DNA of 64,000 bases from Candidatus Poribacteria bacterium (GTDB taxonomy: Bacteria; Poribacteria; WGA-4E; WGA-3G): contig CBDBFU010000032.1 of NCBI GenBank assembly GCA_965205025.1, positions 64,001 through 128,000 on the forward strand, written 5' to 3'. The notes under the pieces are model-generated. The model was not told the DNA's origin. It searched no databases and worked only from the letters and a program-made list of their open reading frames with translations. Below, piece after piece: positions 53,814-63,966 of this stretch. The translations under genes were made by a program, and so were the position numbers. How positions within the stretch are numbered: position 1 is the first letter of the stretch; each line of letters opens with the position of its first letter.

Positions 53814-55718
53814 TTATTCTTCCAATTTAGGAGCAAGTTCCCAGAGGAGTACAGTACCATCAAGACTTCCGCTGGCAATGGTTTTTCCATCTGGACTGAA
53901 CGTAATACTATAAATACTTTCTGTATGTCCAGTAAAAGCTAAAAGGTGTGTGTTTGATTTTACATCCCACAGATGTATGGTCTTATCCCATCCACCACTG
54001 GCAAGGATCTTTCCATCCGGACTAAATGAAACACTGCTGACATTATTTGTATGTAAAGGTAAAGTCAGTAAAGATTTACCTGTCTCTACATCCCACAAAC
54101 GCACGGTATCATCCCATCCACCACTGGCAAGGATCTTTCCATCCGGACTGAATGAGACGCTACTAACTCTGTGTGTATGTTCATCAAGTGTATGAATTGT
54201 GTTTCCTGACTGCACATCCCACAGGCGTATGGTATTATCCCAACTTCCACTGGCGAGGATTTGTCCATCAGGACTAAAAGCAAGACCCATAACATTTTCC
54301 TCATGTCCCTTAAGTGTATTGAGATGCTCACCAGTATTCGGATGCCATAGATGTATTATTTTCTCATCACTTCCACCTGCAAGTATGCTACCATTGAAAT
54401 TAAATGCAATACTGTTGATACCACCCGCATGTCCTGTGAATGTCTGAAGTTCTGTACCTGTCGCTACATCCCAAAGACGCATTATTTCATCGTTATAGCT
54501 GCCAGTTGCGAGTGTTTTACCATCCGGACTGAATACTACGCTGGATACTGTCCATGAATGTCCTGGTAACTCTTTAAGAAGTGTTCCTGTTTGCCTATTC
54601 CACAAACATACTCTATCGTCTCTACTCCCCCCAGTAGCGATTATCTTACCATCAGAGTTGAACGCTACACTTCTGACCCCACCCGTAAATCCGGTAAATT
54701 CCCGACCATGTATACCTGTTTTAACATCCCATAGACATATAGTTTCAGCACCACTTGCGGCTGCGAGTGTTGTTCCATCTGGACTATAATCAATGGATTT
54801 GAAATTATCAATAAGTCCATTTAGCATATGTCCTTTTAGGGTTCGTTGTATATCACCTGTATTAACATCCCAGAAACGAATGGTGTTATCCCAAACACCT
54901 GCACTGGCGATTGTTTTTCCATCCGGACTGAAAACTGCACTAATAACACCTCCCGCTGTATGTCCTTTAAGCACATGTAGGGATGTGCCTGTCTCTGTCT
55001 CCCACAACCGTACGGTTCTGTCCCAACTCGTACTGGCGATTGTTTTTCCATCCGGACTGAAGGTAACTACTAAGAGATGTTTTTCATGTCCTATAAGTGT
55101 TTGAAGAAGTGTACCGGTCTGCACATCCCATACACGAACAGTATTATCCCAACTTCCAGTTGCGAGTATCTTACCATCCGGACTGAAGTCAACAGTCCAA
55201 ATTCTTTCTGTATGTTTTTGGAGTGTACGTAAAGAACGTCCTGTACGCACATCCCATATACGTGCGGTTCTGTCATCACTCCCACTTGCTAATAGTTCTC
55301 CATTTGGACTAAATGCAACACTCCAGACAGGTCTAGTGTGACCTATCATTGTTCTAAGTAGTGTTCCGGTTCTCCCATCCCATAAACGGATAGTATTATC
55401 CATACTTGCACTTGCCAATGTTAATCCATCCGGACTGAATGCAACGCTTCTGACAGTAGATGTATGCCCAACGAGTAGATCAAGTTCTTCACCTGTCTGT
55501 ACATCGTATATCCAAATACCGATTGAACCTGCTACTGCTAAAAGTTTTCCATTTGGCGAGTATGCTATTTGACTTATCAAACCTTTACCCAGACGTAATT
55601 TCGCACCATCGGGTAAACCCCATTTTACGTGCCCTTCTGCAAATGTGTGTGGTATTAAGAACTGTATCGAAATATAAATCATATAAATTGTTGTAACTGA
55701 GAACAGTATTTTGTACAA
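53814..55718 (-). CDS. Secreted WD40-repeat protein (array gene 3)
   Basis: TTG start at 55718 after AGGAG, WGLPDGAKLRLGKG and ~14 WD40 repeats. Confidence 0.92.
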   Translation of the reverse strand: MYKILFSVTTIYMIYISIQFLIPHTFAEGHVKWGLPDGAKLRLGKGLISQIAYSPNGKLLAVAGSIGIWIYDVQTGEELDLLVGHTSTVRSVAFSPDGLTLASASMDNTIRLWDGRTGTLLRTMIGHTRPVWSVAFSPNGELLASGSDDRTARIWDVRTGRSLRTLQKHTERIWTVDFSPDGKILATGSWDNTVRVWDVQTGTLLQTLIGHEKHLLVVTFSPDGKTIASTSWDRTVRLWETETGTSLHVLKGHTAGGVISAVFSPDGKTIASAGVWDNTIRFWDVNTGDIQRTLKGHMLNGLIDNFKSIDYSPDGTTLAAASGAETICLWDVKTGIHGREFTGFTGGVRSVAFNSDGKIIATGGSRDDRVCLWNRQTGTLLKELPGHSWTVSSVVFSPDGKTLATGSYNDEIMRLWDVATGTELQTFTGHAGGINSIAFNFNGSILAGGSDEKIIHLWHPNTGEHLNTLKGHEENVMGLAFSPDGQILASGSWDNTIRLWDVQSGNTIHTLDEHTHRVSSVSFSPDGKILASGGWDDTVRLWDVETGKSLLTLPLHTNNVSSVSFSPDGKILASGGWDKTIHLWDVKSNTHLLAFTGHTESIYSITFSPDGKTIASGSLDGTVLLWELAPKLEE

Positions 55719-55863
55719 TATGTGTCTCCTTTGATTAGGGTTTTGTAATGTTCCTAACAATCATTCTATAGTTACTGGAATATGGATGCACATTTTTACA
55801 GTATGTTGAAAAGGCAATTATCGGTATGGATTGGGGTTATGAGTTAAGAATACTTGAAGATTG

Positions 55864-57732
55864 CTATTCCTGCCATTCTGATGCAAGTTCCCAGAGTAGG
55901 ATGGTACCGTCCGTACTCCCACTTGCAAGTGACTTACCATCCGGACTAAACATTAGACTAATTACAACATGAGTATGTCCATTCAACGTTGTAATATGGG
56001 TTTTTGTAGGTATATCCCATAGTCGTATTGTTTTGTCCCAACTTCCACTTGCCAGAATTCTCCCATTCGTACTGAAGGTAACGCAATAGACCCATAACCA
56101 ATGCCCGTCAAAAGTGTGTAAATGTTTACCAGTCTGTACATCCCATAGACGCACGCTTTCGTCCCTACTTCCGCTTGCTAATAAGTTCCCATCGGGACTA
56201 AATGCAACACTAAATATCCAGTTAGTATGTCCAACCAGTGACCGTATATGTTTGCCTGTTTGTACATCCCATAGATGTATGTTTTTATCAAAACCACCAC
56301 TCGCTAAAATCTTTCCATCAGGACTAAACGCTAATGCAGCTTTTATAGTTGCTTGTTTATTGAATGTTTTCAAAGATTCGCCTGTTTGTACATCCCATAA
56401 ACGTATATTCTTATCTAAATCTGCACCTGCCAACAACTGTCCATCCGGACTCAAAGTTACAGGAGAATAGTATTCTGTATGACCAGGAAATGTCCTCAGA
56501 ATCGTGCCTGTTTTCACATCCCATAGTTGAGTTGATTTGTCCAAACCTCCACTTGCCAATAACAAGCCATCCGGACTGAATGAAATGGAAAATACTCTGT
56601 GAGAATGTCCTGTTAGTGCTTTAATAGATTTTGTTTTATTAACATCCCATAGATAAATAGTATTATCTAATCCACCTCCACTCGCTAAAATCTTTCCATC
56701 AGGACTATACATAATACCTCTTACAGAAGCATGATGACCACTAATGGTTTGGACATTTTCTCCTGTTTCCGGATTCCAAAAGCGTATAGTTCCATCATTA
56801 CTACTACTTATCAGTGTATTACGTTCTGGATTAAATAGGATTGAGGAAATCGGTGCAGTATGCTTTACCAAAGTCCGTATTGATTTACCTGTCTGTAAAT
56901 CCCATTGATGTATGTCTGAATCAGCACTCCCTGTGAAGAGTGTCTTACCATCTGGACTGAAAACCAAATTATACACATCGTTTGTATGTCCTTTCAGTGT
57001 TATGATATGTGTACCAGTATGCACATCCCACAAACAGATAGTATCGTCATTACTCCCACTTGCGAGTGTCTTACCATCTGGACTAAAGGCTACTGTCAAG
57101 ACATGTTCTTTATGGTGTGTCAACGTATGAAGAGTTTTACCAGTTTTTGCGTTCCACAATCGAACGGTTTTGTCTCTGCTTCCACTTGCTATTATAGTAT
57201 CATCTGGACTCAAGGTTGTCTTTGTAATCTTATCCGTATGTCCAGTCATCTCTAAAATTGAATTACCTGTATCTATATCCCACAGATGGATTTTAGATTC
57301 ATCACTACTCACGATAGTTTTTTCATCGGAACTGAATTTTAGACTCAAGATCGCATTTTTATGTCTTCCAATTGATCGAAGATGGATGCCTGTCCGTGCA
57401 TCCCAAAAATTGATAATAGGGTTCCAGCCAGATGTTGCCAGAATTGAACCGTCAGGATTAAATGCAACACTATGGTGTTTAGAGGTATTACCAGTGAATA
57501 GTGCCAGTTCTTCAACTGTGTTTGCATTGTAGATCCAAATACCAATATCAGTAGCTACAGCCAAGAATTTTCCATCTGGTGTATAGGCTAAATCAACAAT
57601 TTTTCCTTTTCCCAACCGTGCTGTTGCGCCTTTTGGTAGGTTCCATTTTGTATAGTCTTCGGCAGTGGAATATGGAGTTAATGTCAGGAATATAAGGTAA
57701 AAAGTTGTTATTATGAGTAGTACTTTTTTCAA
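55864..57732 (-). CDS. Secreted WD40-repeat protein (array gene 4)
   Basis: TTG start after GAGGA, WNLPKGATARLGKG and ~14 WD40 repeats. Confidence 0.92.
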   Translation of the reverse strand: MKKVLLIITTFYLIFLTLTPYSTAEDYTKWNLPKGATARLGKGKIVDLAYTPDGKFLAVATDIGIWIYNANTVEELALFTGNTSKHHSVAFNPDGSILATSGWNPIINFWDARTGIHLRSIGRHKNAILSLKFSSDEKTIVSSDESKIHLWDIDTGNSILEMTGHTDKITKTTLSPDDTIIASGSRDKTVRLWNAKTGKTLHTLTHHKEHVLTVAFSPDGKTLASGSNDDTICLWDVHTGTHIITLKGHTNDVYNLVFSPDGKTLFTGSADSDIHQWDLQTGKSIRTLVKHTAPISSILFNPERNTLISSSNDGTIRFWNPETGENVQTISGHHASVRGIMYSPDGKILASGGGLDNTIYLWDVNKTKSIKALTGHSHRVFSISFSPDGLLLASGGLDKSTQLWDVKTGTILRTFPGHTEYYSPVTLSPDGQLLAGADLDKNIRLWDVQTGESLKTFNKQATIKAALAFSPDGKILASGGFDKNIHLWDVQTGKHIRSLVGHTNWIFSVAFSPDGNLLASGSRDESVRLWDVQTGKHLHTFDGHWLWVYCVTFSTNGRILASGSWDKTIRLWDIPTKTHITTLNGHTHVVISLMFSPDGKSLASGSTDGTILLWELASEWQE

Positions 57733-57766
57733 TTATTTATCCTCTAATTTGATTGTTGAAGTGTTT

Positions 57767-57878
57767 ATACCAATCTAAAAATGTTTATCCCAGAAAAGTT
57801 GTTAAGTAGGTCTTGAAATACCGCACAAACTGGAAGTTTATGCTACATTAAAGAGGCTTTAATTATCAGAAATGGTAT
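57767..57878. mobile_element. ATACCA-TIR MITE with a GCACAAACT/AGTTTATGC hairpin
   Basis: ATACCAATCT...AGAAATGGTAT ends. 57810-57833 is the reverse complement of 27494-27517. Confidence 0.65.
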
Positions 57879-58039
57879 TAGAATTAAAGATATTACAGTT
57901 AGACGAAAGTTGATACATTAATGTGATTAATGGTGAATGCTTATTCCTATAACGGGAAGCGGAGTTCCTCTACCAAGAGGCTTGAATGGTTTGGTTAAGG
58001 TATGAAAGGGTGTATATCTAAGTGAAATTGTAGAATTGG

Positions 58040-59923
58040 CTAATCAGTTGAGTCAGATGCTAATTCCCATAACAATACAGTTCCATCGAAACTACCGGAC
58101 GCAAGAGTTTTACTATCCGGACTGAATACCAGACTATCTATACTACTTGTATGTCCATTCAGAGTAGTAATATGTAGTCCTGTCTTTGCATCCCACAAAC
58201 GGATAGTACTGTCCCAACACCCACTTGCAAGTATTCTACCATCAGGACTAAAGGCGATAGTATGCACATCATCTGCATGTCCAGATAAGGTTTGTATAGC
58301 ATCACCTGTTTCTATATCCCATAAAATGATTGTGTCATCCCAACTACTGCTGGTAAGTTTACTACCATCTGGCGTGAAGGTTATACTACTCACCCTATTC
58401 ATGTGATTAGTTAGTGTATGTATTGTCTCACCTGTATTCACATCCCATAGACGTATTGTGTTATCCCAACTTCCACTTGCTAATATATCTCCATCTGGAC
58501 TGAAGGCAAGACTCACGATATGTTTTGTATGACCTTCAAGTGATGTAAGTTGATGTCCTGTATGTGGATTCCAAAGAATTATGGATGGTTCGTCACTGCC
58601 AGCAGCCAGTATGATACCATCTGGACTAAGTGCTATACTGCTGACTCCATCAGTATGTCCTGAGAACGTTCGAATTAAATTACCTGTCTGGATATCCCAT
58701 AACCGTATTGTTTCATCAGAATAACTACAACTAACGAGTGTCTTACCATCTGGACTAAATACTACTCCTGAAACCCTACCTGTGTGTCCTGAGAGTTCAT
58801 TAAGTAGGTTTCCTGTTTGCACATCCCACAAACTGACTGTCACACTCCCACTACCACCAGTTGCGATGATGTTCCCGTCTATACTGAATGCAACAGCTCG
58901 GACTCTATTGGTATATCCTGTGAGTTCCTGAATCTGTTCTAATGTCTTTACATCTAATACCTGAAGTGTATCACCTCGTCCGCCAGTTACATAGGTTTTT
59001 CCATCTGAACCAAAATCTATACTAATTAGGTTATCTGTATTATCACTAAATGCTGGTTGGGTTTCACCTGTCATGGCATCTTTTAAAGTAAATGAATTAT
59101 CCCATAACCCTACACTTATAATCTTCTTAATATCTGGATTGTATTGGACACTTACAATCTCTTCTGGTCTATACCACCCTGTTAGTGTTTGTAGGGATGC
59201 TCCTGTGTCTACATCCCACATACGGACTGTTCTATCAGAACTATTAGTAATTAGAAATTTATCGTCTTGACTGAATGCAACACCCCTTATTCGTTTCTCA
59301 TGTCCTTTGAGCGTGTGAAGTATGTTTCTTGTCGTTATATCCCATAGATATATTACATATTCTCGATTTGTTATAGCGAGTGTTGTACCATCTGTACTGA
59401 ATACTACTGTTCCAAATCGATCCGTATATCCTTCGATAGTATCCTGTAACGTCCCAGTCTGTACATCCCATAACCGTACAGTTGTATCGTGGCTACCACT
59501 TACCACCATTTTCCCATCAGGACTGAAAGCCACACTATTGACACTCATTGTGTGTCCTGTCATCGATCTGAGTTCTGTACCTGTTCGTACATCCCACAAA
59601 AGAACAATGTTATCTGTACCACCACTTGCTAAAGTTAATCCGTCTGGACTGAATGCCACACAGAATACATAAGCGTTTTGCTCCTTAAGTAAGTAAAGTT
59701 CTTTACCTGTCAGAGCATCGTGAATCCAAACCCCAGTAGAACTTGCTACAGCAATTAGTTTTCCATCTGGAGAGGATATGACCCGCGATGCAATGCCTTT
59801 ACCGAGTCGTACTTTGGCACCATCGGGTAATCCCCATTTTGGGTAGTCTTGGGCAGAAACTTTTGAGGTTATAATTTGAATTGAAAATAGAAAGGTGAGA
59901 ATCAATAACGGTATTCGTGACAT
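58040..59923 (-). CDS. Secreted WD40-repeat protein (array gene 5)
   Basis: Signal peptide, WGLPDGAKVRLGKG and ~14 WD40 repeats. Confidence 0.92.
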   Translation of the reverse strand: MSRIPLLILTFLFSIQIITSKVSAQDYPKWGLPDGAKVRLGKGIASRVISSPDGKLIAVASSTGVWIHDALTGKELYLLKEQNAYVFCVAFSPDGLTLASGGTDNIVLLWDVRTGTELRSMTGHTMSVNSVAFSPDGKMVVSGSHDTTVRLWDVQTGTLQDTIEGYTDRFGTVVFSTDGTTLAITNREYVIYLWDITTRNILHTLKGHEKRIRGVAFSQDDKFLITNSSDRTVRMWDVDTGASLQTLTGWYRPEEIVSVQYNPDIKKIISVGLWDNSFTLKDAMTGETQPAFSDNTDNLISIDFGSDGKTYVTGGRGDTLQVLDVKTLEQIQELTGYTNRVRAVAFSIDGNIIATGGSGSVTVSLWDVQTGNLLNELSGHTGRVSGVVFSPDGKTLVSCSYSDETIRLWDIQTGNLIRTFSGHTDGVSSIALSPDGIILAAGSDEPSIILWNPHTGHQLTSLEGHTKHIVSLAFSPDGDILASGSWDNTIRLWDVNTGETIHTLTNHMNRVSSITFTPDGSKLTSSSWDDTIILWDIETGDAIQTLSGHADDVHTIAFSPDGRILASGCWDSTIRLWDAKTGLHITTLNGHTSSIDSLVFSPDSKTLASGSFDGTVLLWELASDSTD

Positions 59924-60019
59924 TATGAGGATGTCTTGGGGTGTGGATTGGTGTGCTAATCCATAAATTGATGCTTATAGTACGGAATATATATACACAC
60001 TTATGTAGATAGTCGATTT

Positions 60020-61051
60020 CTAATGCATGTCTATAGAGAAAATGTAACTAAGTATTGTTACCAGAATATATGTTCCAACCAAGACAAAACCAAAGGGACG
60101 TTTCAACTGACTACCCGATACAAAAATACCAATTCGAAAGACGATTAGTATGAATACCATTGCTGGGAACAGGAATAGAAAGAATCCAGCAGAGGCATGC
60201 AGACCGGTAGGTGTGGCGGATGCTGAGACACCTGCAACAAAAAGCACATTTAGAATATCTGCCCCAATTATATTTCCGACTGCTAACTCCCCGTGTCCCC
60301 GCCGGACAGCTGTGATGGCTGTTACAAGTTCAGGTAGGGATGTGCCAAATGCGACTAATGTTGCTGCGATAATAGCTTTTGGAACTTTAAATCTTACTGC
60401 CAATTCACTTACTGCTGGAATCAATATTTGTGCGGAGATGACAACAATCGCTATTGAACCGATGAGTTTTAGCAGGGTTACAAAGGCACTTGACCCGTTT
60501 TGTTCGGATTCCTCTTCATCTTCAGTTGGTGTTAAACTTGCCCATCGGATAGATTGCCACACATACAACCCTAATAGAACAACGAAGATGAACCCCATTA
60601 TTTGAGGTAGGTTTCCACCTTGAGTGAAGACTACTGCAGGAGAAGACCATGGAAAACAAGCAAGGACCATGAGAATTCCAGCCCCTACCTGAACATTGGA
60701 TAAACGAGATGCCAGCTGTCGGTTAAAGGATAAAGGTGCAATTAATGATGCTAATCCAAGGATAAGTCCTGTATCACATATAATCGAACCAACAGCATTA
60801 CCGAGAGCCAGATCAGGTTTTCCTTGTATTGCTGAAAATACGGATACTGCTGCTTCAGGGGTTGTCGTTCCGATACTTACGATTGTTGCTCCGATAACTG
60901 CTTTTCCTAATCCCCAACGTGTAGATAAGACAACTGCTTCATCAACAAGCCAATCGGCTCCTTTGCCAAGGGTGTATAGCATAACCGCTACTATCATAAG
61001 CAGTCCTATACTTGGAATATCTACAATTAGATGTTCAAGCCACTGTTCCAT
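60020..61051 (-). CDS. Ca2+/Na+ antiporter (CaCA, YrbG-like)
   Basis: Alpha repeats GTTTPE...GNAVGS and GTSLPE...GNIIGAD. Confidence 0.9.
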   Translation of the reverse strand: MEQWLEHLIVDIPSIGLLMIVAVMLYTLGKGADWLVDEAVVLSTRWGLGKAVIGATIVSIGTTTPEAAVSVFSAIQGKPDLALGNAVGSIICDTGLILGLASLIAPLSFNRQLASRLSNVQVGAGILMVLACFPWSSPAVVFTQGGNLPQIMGFIFVVLLGLYVWQSIRWASLTPTEDEEESEQNGSSAFVTLLKLIGSIAIVVISAQILIPAVSELAVRFKVPKAIIAATLVAFGTSLPELVTAITAVRRGHGELAVGNIIGADILNVLFVAGVSASATPTGLHASAGFFLFLFPAMVFILIVFRIGIFVSGSQLKRPFGFVLVGTYILVTILSYIFSIDMH

Positions 61052-61197
61052 TAACTATAAAATACCTTCCAGATGTGTGTTTAATATGTAAATACTTTAC
61101 CATACAAAATTAGCTAAGTCAATCTAATTGAGGTATGAACCACGGTTATTTAGTATTAAGAATCTTTCGTTGATGTGTGTTACTTAGAGTTTATCTT

Positions 61198-61271
61198 GTA
61201 GATCGGGTTGAGTTTGCGTAACCTGACAGGAACCAAAGATATCGGGTTTCGCTCCGCTCTACCCGACCTAC
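61198..61271. repeat. Inverted GTAG-REP doublet (REPIN-like)
   Basis: GTAGATCGGGTTGAG... faces ...TCGGGTTTCGCTCCGCTCTACCCGACCTAC. Confidence 0.7.
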
Positions 61272-61346
61272 GAATATTATTCACGAATGTGAACATAGTA
61301 GCTAAAATATCGAAAACTAAATAACCCTGTTCGTTCTGTTATCATA

Positions 61347-61375
61347 TTGACACTATGAAATATATAGGATAAACT
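61347..61375 (+). promoter_or_regulatory. Putative sigma70 promoter abutting the start codon
   Basis: TTGACA-N17-TAAACT, with the ATG at 61383 seven bases after the -10 box. Confidence 0.5.
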
Positions 61376-61379
61376 TATA

Positions 61380-62441
61380 GTGATGGATGTCCAATCAATT
61401 TCAACACTCATTAAAGAGAAAATCACCGAAGGGATATTTCCTGGTGCTGTTGTTGCTCTCCTGGAAAGAGATAATGTCATCTATCACGCAGCGTTTGGAC
61501 AACGTATGATAAAACCTAATCCGGGACCAATGTTCCATGACACGTTGTTTGACCTTGCCTCCCTTACAAAACCTATTGTTATCGGAACTCTTACTATGCA
61601 GATGGTTGCTTCTGGTGACTTATCTTTAGATACCCCTGCACAGACATATCTTCCTGAGTTCAAACAGGCACCGATTACATGTCGTCATCTGCTGATACAT
61701 ACATCTGGTTTACCTGCATGGAAACCGCTATATATTGAAGTCGTTTGTCCTGAAACAGTTATAGAACATCTAAGTAGCATACCACTTGAATCTACTCCGG
61801 GAGAGAAGGTTACCTATAGTTGCTTAGGGTATATTCTTATGGGTATTCTTATCTCTACTATCGCTGGAGAATCGTTAGACACTCTTGCAGTAAACCGTAT
61901 TTTTAAACCGCTTGGTATGAAACGCACCTTCTATAATCCTCCTTCACAGCTGCACGATAACTGTGCTGCAACAGAGGATTCAAATAGTTTTGAACGTAGG
62001 ATGGTTAACTCCGGTAACCATGGTCGTTATTATCGTGGGCACACCTGGCGTGAAGGCGTCATCTTAGGGGAGGTACACGATGAGAATGCAAATTTTCTGG
62101 GTGGGGTATCTGGTAATGCGGGTTTATTTTCAAATGCAAGAGATCTAATCACTTACTGTCAAATGGTTTTGAAAGATGATGGTTCGTATCTTTCTCATGA
62201 CAGCTTGATGGGATTGGCAACACCGTATACACCGAATGATGCGTCGGAACAACGGAGTATAGCATGGCACATCCTTGATGATGGATCGCTATATCATACT
62301 GGTTTTACTGGTACTTCAATTCGGATTGACATTGAGAAAGGTATAGCAGCCATTCTCTTGACAAATCGCGTTCATCCGGATGCACAACGTACAGGTATCA
62401 TTGAATGTCGTAATCAATTCCATAGGTTAGTATTCGGATGA
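61380..62441 (+). CDS. Beta-lactamase-family serine hydrolase (AmiE-like by context)
   Basis: FDLASLTK (SxxK), LLIHTSGL, YSCLGY, GEVHDENA and HTGFTG. Confidence 0.85.
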   Translation: MMDVQSISTLIKEKITEGIFPGAVVALLERDNVIYHAAFGQRMIKPNPGPMFHDTLFDLASLTKPIVIGTLTMQMVASGDLSLDTPAQTYLPEFKQAPITCRHLLIHTSGLPAWKPLYIEVVCPETVIEHLSSIPLESTPGEKVTYSCLGYILMGILISTIAGESLDTLAVNRIFKPLGMKRTFYNPPSQLHDNCAATEDSNSFERRMVNSGNHGRYYRGHTWREGVILGEVHDENANFLGGVSGNAGLFSNARDLITYCQMVLKDDGSYLSHDSLMGLATPYTPNDASEQRSIAWHILDDGSLYHTGFTGTSIRIDIEKGIAAILLTNRVHPDAQRTGIIECRNQFHRLVFG

Positions 62442-63604
62442 TTCAACTCGGCATAACCCATCTTCTTACAGAGAAAAATGAATGGCTTAAAGGCAAATCT
62501 ATCGGTTTGTTGACGAATCATACTGGTGTCGATGAAAATCTGGTACATACAATTGAGTTGTTAAAGAACTTCAATTTAGTATCGCTTTTTTCACCTGAGC
62601 ATGGTTTGTGGGGTGCAGCACAAGATGGCGTTAAAATCTCAGATTCGAAATATAGGGAATCTGATGGTGGAAATGCAGAAAATCAACCACTTCAAATCTA
62701 TAGTCTGTATGGAACAACACGATTTGCTTGGGGAAAGGCAATCCAAGATTTAGATGTGCTGATATACGATATACAAGATGTTGGAGTTCGATATTATACC
62801 TATCTTGGAACGTTGTTTGAAACAATGAAGGCACTTGAATGGTCAATGGAATCAGATAAGAGTGTTGAATGTATTGTTGCTGATCGTCCGAATCCCATTG
62901 GTGGTCTTCATATAGAAGGTCCGATGTTAGAATCTGATTACACGTCCTTAGTTGGTCCCTATACTATTCCTGTCCGATACGGTATGACGATTGGTGAGGT
63001 GGCAAGATTATTTCATGCAGAACAAGGTTTTAATTTTCCACTTAAGGTGGCACGATTGGATGGATGGTCACGTGGTGATTGGTATAATGAAACAGGTTTG
63101 CATTGGGTGCTGCCTTCTCCGAATATGCCTACTCTTGAGACTGCTACTCTATACCCTGGCACATGCCTATTTGAAGGGACGAATGTAAGTGAAGGAAGGG
63201 GGACGACAAAACCGTTTGAGTATATTGGAGCACCGTGGATAGATAAGAATAAATTGGCATCACGTTTGAATGAACAACAGTTTCCTGGAGTTTGTTTTCG
63301 ACCGGTTGTGTTTACACCGCAGTTTTCCAAATTTGAAGGAGAAGTGTGTCATGGTGTTGCAATACATATCATTGACCAAGAACAGGTTACCTCTGTTGAA
63401 ATTGCTGTATGGATGTTATGTTTCTTAATGGAAGAACATTCCAATAGATTAGAATTTAAGGAGACACATTTTGATAGATTAGCGGGAAGTTCTATTCTCC
63501 GAGAAGGGTTATTGGTTGGATTTTCTTGTGATGAAATTGTTGAAGGATGGGAAACAGACATAGAACAATTTCGTAAACGACGAGAACCGTATTTGTTGTA
63601 TTAG
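62438..63604 (+). CDS. namZ: Exo-beta-N-acetylmuramidase NamZ (DUF1343/YbbC)
   Basis: LFSPEHG, YDIQDVGVRYYTY, DRPNP, PSPNMP and EGTNVSEGRGT. Confidence 0.9.
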   Translation: MIQLGITHLLTEKNEWLKGKSIGLLTNHTGVDENLVHTIELLKNFNLVSLFSPEHGLWGAAQDGVKISDSKYRESDGGNAENQPLQIYSLYGTTRFAWGKAIQDLDVLIYDIQDVGVRYYTYLGTLFETMKALEWSMESDKSVECIVADRPNPIGGLHIEGPMLESDYTSLVGPYTIPVRYGMTIGEVARLFHAEQGFNFPLKVARLDGWSRGDWYNETGLHWVLPSPNMPTLETATLYPGTCLFEGTNVSEGRGTTKPFEYIGAPWIDKNKLASRLNEQQFPGVCFRPVVFTPQFSKFEGEVCHGVAIHIIDQEQVTSVEIAVWMLCFLMEEHSNRLEFKETHFDRLAGSSILREGLLVGFSCDEIVEGWETDIEQFRKRREPYLLY

Positions 63605-63744
63605 CTGATGGCTCTTGGCTATCAGCATTCAGTTTTGGCTATAAGTATTCACATGCACATGTTCCTATGATAGTTGGGATAGGAGTTCCATCTACTTGGG
63701 AAGTATGTAAGTCCTAAATATATTAACGGAACTCACAATATAAT

Positions 63745-63966
63745 ACTATAATTTGGACAGTTTTAAGCGATACACATTTCGCCCCGCTGGGGCTTGGATC
63801 TTGGGGAAGTATGGCGTTTCTACAAACATTTCGCCCCGCTGGGGCTATGCTTTGGTTCATCCGAGTTTATTTTCTCAGAGGTGAATTGGCGTGAGAAATG
63901 TGACGAAAAACCAGAAACACTTTGAAAATAGGTGAATCACCTTTCAGAAATTATCCAAACTATAGT
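63745..63966. mobile_element. MITE with ACTATA(A/G)TTTGGA TIRs carrying two GCCCCGCTGGGGC hairpins
   Basis: ACTATAATTTGGACA...TATCCAAACTATAGT (13/15 match). The interior is the reverse-complement homolog of 6746-6878. Confidence 0.75.

Noticed and set aside
50355-59672. Long antisense ORFs over the WD40 genes
   Set aside because: Shadows of repetitive, codon-biased WD40 sequence, with no RBS or independent protein features.
49850-59923. Diversity-generating retroelement acting on the WD40 array
   Set aside because: No reverse transcriptase in the window, and no TR/VR pair with adenine-restricted differences was seen.
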